From NCBI GenBank assembly GCA_964247055.1, contig OZ176059.1, forward strand, positions 1,550,001 through 1,614,000: 64,000 nt of DNA, read 5' to 3'. Every line of letters starts with the position of its first letter. Position 1 is the first letter of the stretch. Shown here one piece after another: positions 1-11,798 of the stretch. Position numbers and translations under genes: made by a program. The DNA comes from Paragordius varius. Taxonomy: Eukaryota; Animalia; Nematomorpha. The notes under the pieces were generated by a model. That model was not told the DNA's origin, did no database searches, and saw only the letters and a program-made list of their open reading frames with translations.

Positions 1-536
1 CACATAAAGTTTCGGCTTTAGCCCAAACAGGCTTAAAATCCTCAAATTTAGTTTTGTGACGACAGTATTCGGGAAACGCGATAATGAGTTGATCCAAATT
101 ACTAATATCTAATTCAGTCAAAGCTATAAAAATAATATAACATAATAATAATATACCAAATTGTACTGCTTCTATCACGATATCAGGATTCCATTCGTAC
201 ATAAAAAGTTTGGCTATAAAAATATTCAAAATATAATTTACCACTAATTTTTAAATTTGAGCGTTGTTCAGAATTTCCATTTGTATCATTTTTTGGCAGC
301 CGAAGAATTAAGGGGAATTCATTATTCTAATAATATAACCTATTATTACTACATTTATTTGTTGTTGATCTTCATATTTTTCATAATGTGACACGATCCG
401 CGTAATGATATCTTTGAGCTATCAAATTTAAATATTTTCTAACCTCTTCTGTGCTATTTTTATCCTTAAATGGGGAATAATTTAGGATATTTCGCGAGCT
501 AATGTATAAAATATTGGTGTGTAATTCGTCAATCAT
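1..536 (-). CDS. GCLM: Glutamate-cysteine ligase modifier subunit, 5' part (gene continues past the left edge)
   Basis: Exons 536-444, 418-353, 326-242, 213-157, 123-1 joined at GT-AG introns give one open frame: MIDELHTNILYISSRNILNYSPFKDKNSTEE/LKDIITRIVSHYEKYEDQQQIN/NNEFPLIL...EQRSNLKIS/AKLFMYEW...AVQF/ALTELDISNLDQLIIAFP...FKPVWAKAETLC. This parallels GCLM (GNLLNW...EEL; KVSAKLF; LDSVIIASP...LQPYWEELE). Recalled motifs only. Confidence 0.8.
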
Positions 537-643
537 ATGGCCTAAAATTAAAAAATGATTATGCCTTTTGATTAGCACACATGCATTTGTAAATTTTTAA
601 ATTCACGATAAAGTCAAATTTTTTATTGGTGGTTTGTTTTTTT

Positions 644-1813
644 ATGAATGGTTGCCAAAATATTCGACAAAAAATTATTAATCCATTAAGTTGGATTAAA
701 AATTCAACTAAACACAATTATGCACTTATAATATTAAATCTTAACCTTTTTAATCATGAAGAAAATGAAAACTTGCTATGTCCATATTTTAAAGTTTATC
801 AAAATTTTATTCATTCGCTATGGAATCAAGCCAATATTACAATTATAGCCGATGGGGGAATTCGGTTATTACATAAAATTTGGAACAACGGAAAAAGAAA
901 ATTTATTCCAGATTACATAGTCGGAGATTTCGATTCTGCTCCATCAGACCTATTAACCCTGTTTCAAAATTTGGGCTCTCACATAATACATTATCCGGAT
1001 GAATATCAAACAGATTTCACAAAGTGCCTTAGGATTTTAGCTAAATTGTATCCAAATTTTTTGCAATTTTTTGATGATTCAAATTTTACACAAGTTGTGC
1101 CATCACTACCGGGTCAATCTCTCATAGGCAACACTAATTTTGCTGATAACACCGATGGATTTGACATTTACGTTCTAGGTGGCTTACAGGGACGTTTTGA
1201 TCACATAATGGGTGCAATTAATACGCTCCACATTTTTTATAATAAATATGCCCACTTCAAATCACCGTTGTTAAAGCATGAGAAACAACAGATGGATAGC
1301 TATAACTTAACCCAGGTACCAACCATTGTTTTGTATTCATCGGAAAGTCTTGCCTTTCTTATATATCCTAAAATTAAATATTACATTTATATACCGGCCA
1401 AGTTTTATACGCTTTCATGCGGTATCATTCCATTTTATGGATCTCCCTGTAACGGCATCCAAACACGTGGTCTACGTTGGAATTTGCAATCATCTGACAC
1501 ATTGGCTTGGGGTCACATGATTAGTACATCTAACCGTTACAATGTAACGGAAATGAGCGACATGCCAAATGATAGCCAAACGATTGTTTGTACAAAAAAT
1601 TTGAATAATGGTATTTTAGCCAACAATAAAACACACACCAAAGTAATTTGCTGTGAAAACGTTAATGAAAATTTATTATTTCAGGTGAAAAAAGACAATG
1701 CAACTTCCACTAATAGGGATGATGGGAAATATGTATATATATATTCGGACGTCATTCCAGTTATTTGGACGATGGAATTACCTGATGATTTGTTTACATG
1801 CAGTGAAAGTTAA
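644..1813 (+). CDS. TPK1: Thiamine pyrophosphokinase, intronless, ~389 aa (first ATG 644; the ORF track starts at an upstream TTG)
   Basis: Motifs ADGG, PDYIVGDFDS, QTDFTKCL, LGGLQGRFDHIMGAINTL, CGIIP, TRGLRWNL, LAWGHMISTSN. Confidence 0.93.
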   Translation: MNGCQNIRQKIINPLSWIKNSTKHNYALIILNLNLFNHEENENLLCPYFKVYQNFIHSLWNQANITIIADGGIRLLHKIWNNGKRKFIPDYIVGDFDSAPSDLLTLFQNLGSHIIHYPDEYQTDFTKCLRILAKLYPNFLQFFDDSNFTQVVPSLPGQSLIGNTNFADNTDGFDIYVLGGLQGRFDHIMGAINTLHIFYNKYAHFKSPLLKHEKQQMDSYNLTQVPTIVLYSSESLAFLIYPKIKYYIYIPAKFYTLSCGIIPFYGSPCNGIQTRGLRWNLQSSDTLAWGHMISTSNRYNVTEMSDMPNDSQTIVCTKNLNNGILANNKTHTKVICCENVNENLLFQVKKDNATSTNRDDGKYVYIYSDVIPVIWTMELPDDLFTCSES

Positions 1814-2979
1814 TTATAAGTAAGCAGGAAATGTTCATAACTACTACAAGATTATTCCGATATTATATTGTTATTTGCATAAATTGCTCTTGTTGCATTA
1901 TTATAGTGCAATAGTTATAGTGTGTCTCAATCCGATTTTTTCAGCTATTACCTTAAATAATAATACTCATTTGTAATATGTTTATCTTATTTGTTACGTT
2001 TATAATTGTTAAAAAAACATGGTATATATAAAATTTAGGATACATTTTTATTATCTTTAATAAATTTAAAAAAAACAATCTTGGACTATTTTTTATAAAA
2101 AAGTTTAATTTGCGAGATACATTTAATTTTCCATAAAATTTGTTGATTTTGGTAGAATATTATTAATAACTATTTTAACCGGATTAAATTAATCCGCAAC
2201 TACAAATTTTAAGGGCGCAAAGGGGTTTTTTGTCCTGATTTTTAGAGTTCTTTCATCAAGTTACCCAATGGTTAAAATATTTAGTATTTACTAGCCATGC
2301 ATATGACCTTAAACTAAACAAATATTTTAATATTTTACTACTGTGCATATTTTACAATTAATACCTTGAAATGACGATTTTCATGAAGTTTTTTTTAGAA
2401 GTTATTATATTCAAAAATCAGCCGTTCAATATATGTCTATGATTGGTTAGCGGATTATTTACCGTGTGTTAATATTAATTTGACTGTTTGGATAGATTTT
2501 TTTATTTTCGCCTTGACCAAAAACAAGGAAAACGAACGGTTCCATATCGATTTCTGTATTATTCTTATTTCCTATATATATATATATATATATAAATTTC
2601 TCTGGTTATAAATAAAAACTTTTTAAGTTAATGGTATAAACACCCCTATTTTTTGGATAGATATTCAACGAATCTTAACTCAAATAATGGCTTTTTTTTT
2701 TAAATAAATAACCAAACAAATATATTTCTAATCAATCATTCATCAAATTACTATCCAAGCGCTTTATTTACAAGAAGCTACCAAAAACTGTTATTTACGT
2801 TTTGCGTAGGATTGTGTACCATTTTATCATAAATTTTAGACATCTGATTGGAGAATTACAGTATGTATGTGTAAATTCATTGTGCTACTTTTTCAACAAT
2901 CATTGCCCGATAACATATAAAGTAAGGGCCAATTGACCTATAGTTATTTAACCAATAATGATTCTCTTTGCTGTATAAA

Positions 2980-4038
2980 TAGGGTGACCAGATTTTTTAA
3001 TGGACAAAGTGGACATCACTTTTAAACATTTTGTACTAAAAATAACATCGTAAAATTATTTTTATAAAAAGTACAATTTATATAAGTATGAAAATATGTA
3101 TATTTTATTCCTTGATACATTGTTTATTTGAGTGAATTTGTTTAATCAGGTTGTTATATGATATTTTAAAATAATATTAAAATTTTCACAAGAATTAGTT
3201 GGTTAATTTTTATTTGACACATAAAATGGCTTTCAGAGTTTCAATATTTAATTTAGATCTTTCTGATGTCCACACCTGATTTACTGTAGAAAAGTCGCAC
3301 TGTTAGTTATAGGTAAAGATAGTGCGATTCCCGCAATTTTTGAAACTATTGTAAGGAACGTAAGTTTGTTTCAAAAGGATGCAATTTTCCAACCATTTGT
3401 TCTCTCCTGTTATTTCTTCTGATGGCCAATATTTGAGATTTACCTTATCAATATATTTTTTAACTAATGATATTTCATTGAAACATTATTTTTAGAGCAA
3501 TAACTATTTTGATGACATTTTTGTGAAATATAATCAAATGATTTTTGAACATCGTACCAATTACATTTTAGTTATGAAGTCCAACAAAAAAAATTAAAAT
3601 CACCAAATTGTACCATCAGTTGGTATTATAAAACCTCTTTATATGGTTTATGTGATATCCTGACGATTTATTGCACCTTGCTCTTTGAACTCGTTTATAT
3701 TGCGGATAGTAAACGGTAGATTATTTACTAAACATCTCTTGACATTGACATCTAATAAGTATAATGATGTTTAAAAAAAGATCAGCTTGATTCTTAAATA
3801 GTAGGATATTTGTCTTGTGATAGAAAGTAGGATTTTAAGGTATCATACACTTTCAAAAATTCTTTCGATAACTGGCAGAAGATCTAACTAACGTGTTTTA
3901 GTATCCAAGTATTTTCTGATATTTAATTTGTAAGAACACAAAAGAGTGCTAAACAATGATTTTAATATAAAATAAAATTTAATTGGATTATAAAAGTCGG
4001 GACTTTAAATACGTCGCGGGACGTGGTACGTTACCCTA
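2980..4038 (-). mobile_element. Decayed hAT DNA transposon
   Basis: Termini TAGGGTGAC (2980) and GTTACCCTA (4038). The minus strand at ~3215-3345 encodes a frameshifted hAT dimerisation-domain remnant (KIAGIALSLPITNSA.. FSTVNQVWTSERSKLNIETLKAILCVK). 8-bp flanks only partly match (TGTATAAA/TGTAAATG). Confidence 0.75.
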
Positions 4039-4581
4039 TGTAAATGCTATCTGGCAACATTTAATGAAAAAATAGCAATTATTTACTCGCATTGTATATA
4101 AAATTTACATTAAATTAAAAATGTTTACATCTTATTTGGCCAAGTCCGGTGTATAAAACTTAATAAATTGGTAAACTTATAGTAGTATTAATTAATAATT
4201 TATTAAATTACATATGTTTGCTTTGTTACAGGTTATTAATAGTTTGACATCAAATTTTTGGATTGTGTCCGTGGCTATGAATTATTTAAAAAGAATATTA
4301 CTTGTATCTAAAAACATTACTGATCAATTCATTTTGCCGTTAAATACTATCTACTTTAAAAAAATCGAATACCTTAAAATTAAATTTTTCTTTACATATA
4401 AATGTAAATTTAGCATAATATATTTTAAAGCGTTTTCCTCTATTACAATTATTTTTATGCTGGAGTGGGATGCATACTGAAAATGGCAGAAAAATAAATC
4501 AATAGTTTTTTAGTGTGATAGAAAAATTTAATATTTTAATACTTATTTTACTAGAGCTCTTAACAATCGAATCAGATATTA

Positions 4582-4773
4582 CAGTATGAGTAAGTATATC
4601 TTGCTAGAAAGTTATTAAAATCATTGCCCAATAGCATATGCAACAAAGAAAATTATTAATAATAATGTAAAGAGTTAAAAAAATAACTATAAGCCAATAA
4701 TACTGCTCTTTGTTAATTTATGCTATTTGGTAATAATTAATAACTTTTTAGCAATGTATACTTACTCATACTG
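4582..4773. mobile_element. MITE family A (TA|CAGTATGAGTAAGTATAC...CTCATACTG|TA), Tc1/mariner-type
   Basis: Long terminal inverted repeats and TA flanks. Other copies at 9858-10071, 10154-10464, ~13525-13690 (decayed), 23911-24111 and 54006-54446. Confidence 0.8.
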
Positions 4774-5158
4774 TAGTTTTATTTAACCGCTTGGCTTACA
4801 TATTTCATTTATTAATCTAAAAAATGAAAGAGATTACATAGTAAAAATTATATTTTATTTATAAACTAACATGCATATTAAAATGTAATCTATTATCCCA
4901 AATGAATGATACAAAATATCATGGCTAAACTGATTGTTTAATTAAATAATTTATTGAAAAAAAAATCAAAAAAATCGGTTAGGTTAAAATGAAAGCTTTT
5001 TCGTAATTATATAATTGTAAAAAAGAGAAAAGGACAACAGTGAAATCAGCAATTAAACTATTATCTTGATAATATCAAAGACCGAAATTGGTGTCTAAAA
5101 TTAATAAAGTCCAAGAGGCCCAACTTAAATTTATTAAGACCAAATCGTTCCAAATATA

Positions 5159-8100
5159 CAGTAACGAGCGCTATTACAGGCTATGTCTGTATTTTAAATG
5201 GCTAAAAAGGGTATTTAAGTATTAAAAATGTGTTGCCAAGTATAAATTTTTAATTTTATTAGTTACATATTTAATTAAACGCTGCATTTTTTATCATTTT
5301 CAAAATTGTAGCTAATAAAAAGAAAAACTTATACCTGGCTACTGACACGTAAATTAACACTCACATTCAAATTAGGGTATCTAAATACCCCAGAGTATCT
5401 TAAATTGATATTTTTTAAAAGCTACTGAAAGAAATGATCTTAATTTATTTTATGCTTCTATCCTGATAAAAATTATATAAATACGTCAAAATATCCAATA
5501 TTCTAAAAAAGTTCCATATCAAACTATTTCCACGCCATTTTTATTTTACAAAATTTTTGCAAAATATCGTCTTCATTTAATTTTAAGGATAAAATTAAGG
5601 CTAATTTATTATTTAAATTACATCTAACATTGATAGAAATAGAAAAAGCGGTTTAGTTTGTTTTATTTCTCAATTTTGCCATTGCATACATGTCACGTAT
5701 TGACTAAATTTTTACCTTTCGGTTTTAGCCTAAAATAAGTAATATCAAGTATTTTTGAATAAAATTTTTTATATATTTCGGTTCATTAATGTTATATAAG
5801 TGCAAAATTTTGCCATGGTTTCGATTCCTTCCATATTTTTTATAAAATTTAAATTTAAACAGTGGGGTATTTACAAACCCAAATTTGAATCGAAGGACTA
5901 AAATGAATGTGTTGTATCCAAGTGTTAATTTAAAGCTAATTTATAATTTGAATCACATATCAAGTATTTTTAAATAATTTTTTTTATATTTACATTATTG
6001 TTATATAGGGGCAAACTTTTGCCATGGTTCTAATTCAGTGATACTCAAACCGCGGCCCGCGGGCCGCATGCGGCCCTAAGAGTGCTTCAAAATTGCCCTA
6101 TGACCATATTGATACTTATATTATTTTTTTAACACATAAACGAATTTTCGATTATTTTAATATTAATTTATTTTCTTTAGATTTAATTTTGGTAGTTTTT
6201 ATTTTTTACCCAATTCGAAATGTAGAAAAATTTCCCTACATTATAATTTCAAAATTTTGGCACGCGTTGTTTCTGTATTCTATTTTCTTTTATATTTTGA
6301 AATTTTTATTGCATTCCTTTTTTGTATTTAAGCAAGCCTTTCACCCAAACTTGCATATACATAATCTTTTCATAGCTATCCTGCCTCATTTTTTATAGCT
6401 CATTCCCATAAAAATTTTTTTAAATAAACATCATTAGATTTCAACTTGTTTTTTATAGCGTAATTCAAATTATACTCCTATTTTTTGAAAAAATTTACAT
6501 AATATTTAAACATAAATTCAAAGGATGACATCTAATGCTAAAAAACTTGAATTATCCGATGAAAATCGCCCTTTAAAAAAAGAATGGGAAGAAAAAATCT
6601 TTGTCGTTTAAAATAAAAATGTTGTGACCTGCCATATATGTTAGGACAACATAATTATTAAAAAATACAATATTGAAAGAATTTTACAATCCATTATTCT
6701 TATAAATTACCAGAAAATCATGAGTAAAAACGAAAAATATAAAAAGATTAAGGAATTATACCAGAAAAATCTATGTCCATAGCTTTCTCCCAGGAAAAAG
6801 TTGTATAATTAGCTTCGTATGAAATTTGTTATATTTTAGGAAAAAATATGAAACCGTTTACTGATTCCGAACTAAAAGAATGTCTAATAAATGGTTGCAC
6901 TTTTTTATTTGATAAATCCATATAAAGATCAAATGATGAGGCAAATTAAAAAACTTTAATAGTCTAAATATATTTTTAACAATACATTATTGGCACTGGA
7001 AAACTGCAATTTTAGTATTGCTATTAATTCTAGCACTGATATTAGTACAACACCTCAATGTGCGCTCTTCGTAAGATTTTCGACCACATTATCAACGAAT
7101 ATAAAATTTTTACCGATGAATAATACCACGAAAGGAAGTGATTTTCTTGAAATAATTAACACTTTTTTCGATAATAATGGTATATCTATGAAAAATTGGT
7201 TTCGATAAGCACACATGGCTGTCCCTCTATGATTAGAATAACCAAAGGATATATTCCTCCTTTGAAAAACAAATATAATTTACAAAATATTTTATCATTT
7301 GATTGAAATATTCATCAAACTTGGTTTCGCGTATAAAAGAATCACTCAATTCAGTAATTAAAACGGTTGTGGATATAGTTAACCCCATCCGTGGCAGAGA
7401 ACTCAGCCGCCGTAAATTCAAATACCTTCTGAAAGATATCCACAGTGAGTTTGATTATCACTGTGAGATAGCAAAGTATAAATAGATTTTTCGTTTTAAG
7501 ACATGAAATATTATTTATTATAAAAGATAACAGAAAGTTTGACGAGGAAATTAATAGTGACATATGGTGGGTTTTATTAGCCTACCCTTGCGACATTTAT
7601 AAACTTTTTAATACGTCGTCAAGAAAGTAAAATAATCCAATTTGCTAATGAAATATCTTTTAAAAATTAATAATATAAACTAGATTTTATAAATTAAACA
7701 CTCCTATATTTTCCAACAAAAGATTCATGAAGAAAATATGGAATATACCGCGGAGATTAATTTAATAATAGATCATCTAACATTTTTATCTAATATAATT
7801 CAGATTTCAAAAATTAAGATATATTAAGAATTGCTTAAAACTCGTTGAAAATCCATGGCATATGGATTTATTCAATATTAAACAACTTGAGCATTTGGGT
7901 TTTGATCAGGGGCATCATTTCAGACTTCGTAGGTTTTAAAAATTCTAATTTGGATATTCAAAGATAATCGTAGAGAAGAAAGATATGTATGATGTGCCAA
8001 ATAAATATGAAAATATAAAAAAATGTGCTCAAGTTATTCTAACTCTTTTCCCTCAACTTATACAAGCGAGAAGTCTTATTCAAAAATAAAATATGCCAAG

Positions 8101-8552
8101 AATACATACAGAAACTGCTTAACCGATGATCATTGGTACGACGTATTAAGATTGGCCTGCCATGAGGTGAAACCAAATTTGTCAAAAAATATTGGTTAAT
8201 ATCGAAATAAAAATTGTTATCAAAATATTTTATTTTTTTAAACTAATGGTAAAACCAGTTTTTAGCTGGATAAATATGTGCATATGTGTTAAATAGCTAT
8301 GGAATATTTGCCATTATAAGGTTTATGGCCCTCGAAAAAAAAATATATTTTATTTGGCCCGTCAAATTTTTTTGGTGAGTACCACTGTTCTAATTGCTTT
8401 TAAATTTTTGAAGTATTTAATTTTAAACAAGCCTGTATACAAGGACCCTATTTGAATTGAAGAACTGAAATAAATGTGTTGTAACAAATGTCAAATACCT
8501 TTATAGCCATTTAAAATACAGATATGGCTTATAATAATATTGCTCGTTACTG
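5159..8552. mobile_element. MITE family F (~1 kb, TA|CAGTAACGAGC...GCTCGTTACTG|TA) interrupted by a hAT element
   Basis: ~60-bp imperfect TIRs at 5159 and 8552 with TA flanks. The internal sequence recurs at ~13740-14350 and ~22970-23335. Confidence 0.7.
6036..8387 (+). mobile_element. hAT transposon of Charlie/SPIN (GTF2IRD2-like) type with degraded transposase
   Basis: Perfect 8-bp TSD TTCTAATT (6028-6035 and 8388-8395). TIR CAGTGATACTCA/TGAGTACCACTG; subterminal GCGGCCCGCGGGCCGCATGCGGCCC. Broken ORF pieces: FSIAINSSTDISTTPQCALFVRF; VIKTVVDIVNPIRGRELSRRKFK; STYTSEKSYSKIKYAKNTYRNCLTDDH. Confidence 0.92.
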
Positions 8553-8559
8553 TAAATTG

Positions 8560-9604
8560 ATTACACACAAATTTTTACTTTTTTTAATGGCCATTCTTGT
8601 AAATTCAAAATTTAATTCATCAAAGTACATGGATATTATACCTGAAAAAAAATTGGTGTAACAAATACCTAGGTTTATCGATAATTTTTGGCCCCGATTT
8701 AACGTTTAAATCGAAATTTTCAAAATTTAAAGTTTTAGATATTTAGCCAAGTATGTTATTTCATTCGAAAGAGCGCGAAAAACTGTATCTTTCAAAAGGT
8801 AAGGTAATTTGAAACAATCTGATATAAAAGTTATTTGGCTCTGTATGGTCAAAATCTTCAACCCATGAATAATTTAATATTTCATAACTAATTTTAAAAT
8901 CATATAAATTATTTTAAAATGATTATTAGGATTTATTTATTTTTAAAAAAGTTTAAAAGCTTTTGGTTTGTTTTTTTAATATATTATCATTAATTTTACC
9001 TAGTGGATAATATAATGCATATTTATAACTGTAAATTTATTATATAATGTCTATAAAAGATCGTTTAAACTATATTCATAGAGTTATTTTGAAATTATAA
9101 GCCCTTTAAAGAAAATAATTAATATTGATATGATGGTAATTTTTAAAAAAATATGGCTGTTTTGAATGTAATAATATCAATAAATAAGTAGTGTTATTCA
9201 AAAAAAGTTTATTGTGTGTTATCTTTTTTAGGCAATCATTATCTCCATAAAGTTTCAGCTATTTTCATACAATAGTTTTAAAAATATATTAATTAAAAAA
9301 AACGCTCTCGCTTCGCGCGTTTGTCGCTCTCTATATCCAATATTAACTATCAAAGTAAAACGTATTAGTATGCATTATATTTCATTCTTTCGAATGGTAT
9401 ATTACAAATGGGCATTTGTTGTATAAATTCAGGGAAAATTCTTTTTAGCAAAATTTTGATAAAGAGGGCCCAAAATCATAAAAAGTCAAATTATACAAAA
9501 TTCTTAGATGGAATTAAAATTTTTATTTCACATTTAATGTTGAGATAATAATGAATATCAGAAAATGCAATAAACTCGAAAAGCAAAAAATTTGTTGTCC
9601 CGTG
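8560..9604. mobile_element. Non-autonomous element family E (~1.1 kb), left end eroded
   Basis: Collinear with 14690-15609 and the complete copy at 56161-57281; ends AAATTTGTTGTCC. Confidence 0.7.
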
Positions 9605-9782
9605 TTCTATATCCACATAGAATGGGTTTTATATAAAACAATAATAAACGGCAAGAAACATGCTAAAAGAACAAATTTAAACTGCTTTAAAAAGTTTTTG
9701 ATAGTTTTTATAAATATTATACAGTACGAATAAAATTCTATTATCATTAATTACTATTATGTCTTTTACAATAAAAGAAATA

Positions 9783-9907
9783 CAGTATGCATTTTTATTT
9801 TAATGGTTGCTTATTTCACACTACAGTAGGGCAATTTGCAATATACGAGCGTAGATACAGTATGAGTAAGTATACATTGTTAGAAAGTTATTATTTATTG
9901 CCAAATA

Positions 9908-9941
<34 letters not shown>

Positions 9942-10478
9942 CAAAGGGCAGTATTATTGGCTTATGCTTATTTTTTTTTACTATTATTAACCCATAATAC
10001 TGGCCTCTTTGTTTTATTTATTATTTGGCAATAAATAATAACTTTCTAGCAATGTATACTATCTCATACTGTATGTTTATTTATCATTTTGTTGTTTCTC
10101 CATAACTACTGTGTAGAAAATTGTCCTACTATAGTATGAAGTAAGCAACATTACAGTATGATTAAGTATATATATTGCTAGAAAGTTATAAATTATTGCC
10201 ATAGCATATGCAGCAAAGAGAATTATTATTGGCTAATAATAGTAAAAAGTAAAAAAATAACTATAAGCTTATAATACTGCCCTTTGTTGTATATGCTCAG
10301 CTCTATGGCAATATTTTAGTTTATATTTTAATTTTATTTTTTACGTTTGACAAAGATTACTTGTAGTAATCGAAATATCCTAATAAATTTATATTTTAGC
10401 TGAATTATAATTGCATAAATAATAATTAATAACTTTCAAGCAATGTATACTTATACTCATACTGTAAAATGCATACTG
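9783..10478. mobile_element. MITE family B (TA|CAGTATGCATTTT...AAAATGCATACTG|TA) carrying two family A insertions
   Basis: Removing 9858-10071 and 10154-10464 (each TA-flanked) restores a B element like 39533-39721 and 58087-~58266. Confidence 0.8.
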
Positions 10479-11294
10479 TATTTGGATAAAATCAAGAATG
10501 AAAATAAAAAAATACATTTTTTATGCTACACCAACAAGCCAATATTTTTTTACTGCCTCTATACTATCTGGCAATATTTATTAAGGAACTAGCAATCTAT
10601 ATTTATTCACCCCTTATACCCAAAAAGCTGTGTAAAATTAAGTAGGACTGTAAACTATAACTTTTAGGGATCTTTATATTGCGACGTAAACAGAAAAATC
10701 ATATTTGCGCTGACATGAATTTATCTTCATTTCTATACTGGAAGATCAAAAGACCCATGTAATTAATCAATAAAATAACTGTTATATCCAACTTAGTTAA
10801 CTGAAAATTAATAAACTTGATGATTCTCTCATTTAGTTTGAACCGATAAACCAAATTTGGTCATATTATGTATATTTGACCTCTCTTACTTCGCGTTTCA
10901 AATAGCGTAATACAATAAACTTTATTCAGCCTATAACTGCTTATCGTGATTTATATTTTTAAGATAATTTTTTTGAAATTTTGTCATTAAGATAACAACA
11001 CGAAACTAACTAACCTAAAATGATATTGATAAAAATTTGATTATTATTTAGAGGCAAGTGCCTACATATTTTTTGTACTTAAAACTGAGAGGTATTTTTT
11101 TGTTATCACGTGCAAATTTTAAAGGACTTTTAAATAATTCGAAATATTTATACCTATTTTAAAAATTATATCCGTTTTCACTGTATTCAAATGATACTTA
11201 CAACTTTATACATATACAAAAATTAAAATCATAAAATTATTCCTACCATTTTTTGCCATCAACTATAACTATAATTATATTATAAGTGATAAAA

Positions 11295-11758
11295 ATGTTT
11301 GTGTTTTTAGCTTTTATAACTCTCATCCTACCAGGAATTTATGATTCGCAATATCCAAACCCAGATTTAGGTACTATAATACCAAGTTTTGAAAAAAATT
11401 TATATTAATCAAATCAGGCTTCTTCGAAACAGAATACCTGAACCACATAAAACCGCAACCGGGTTCTTATTATTTTAGCAGAAGCTTGTTCCAATCGACC
11501 AGTAACCAACCATCCAGTTTCAAAACCACTTTTTTTGAATTGGCTCGAAGCCCTGATTTAAATTAAATCATTTTCAAACAACTTAGTTTTACAATAATAC
11601 CGTCTTGTCTATCAAGCATATATCCATATATAACTAATATCATGGTATAACCTATATTTCGTAAATATATAAATTGATCAATCTTACGCCAACAATTCTT
11701 TCTTGAAGAAGCGATCAAATTTTTTAAACCACACATTAAATTTTTTTAAATGAAATAG

Positions 11759-11798
<40 letters not shown>

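Noticed and set aside
381-578. 65-aa ORF as a stand-alone gene
   Set aside because: It is GCLM exon 1 read through a 25-nt intron into the wrong frame.
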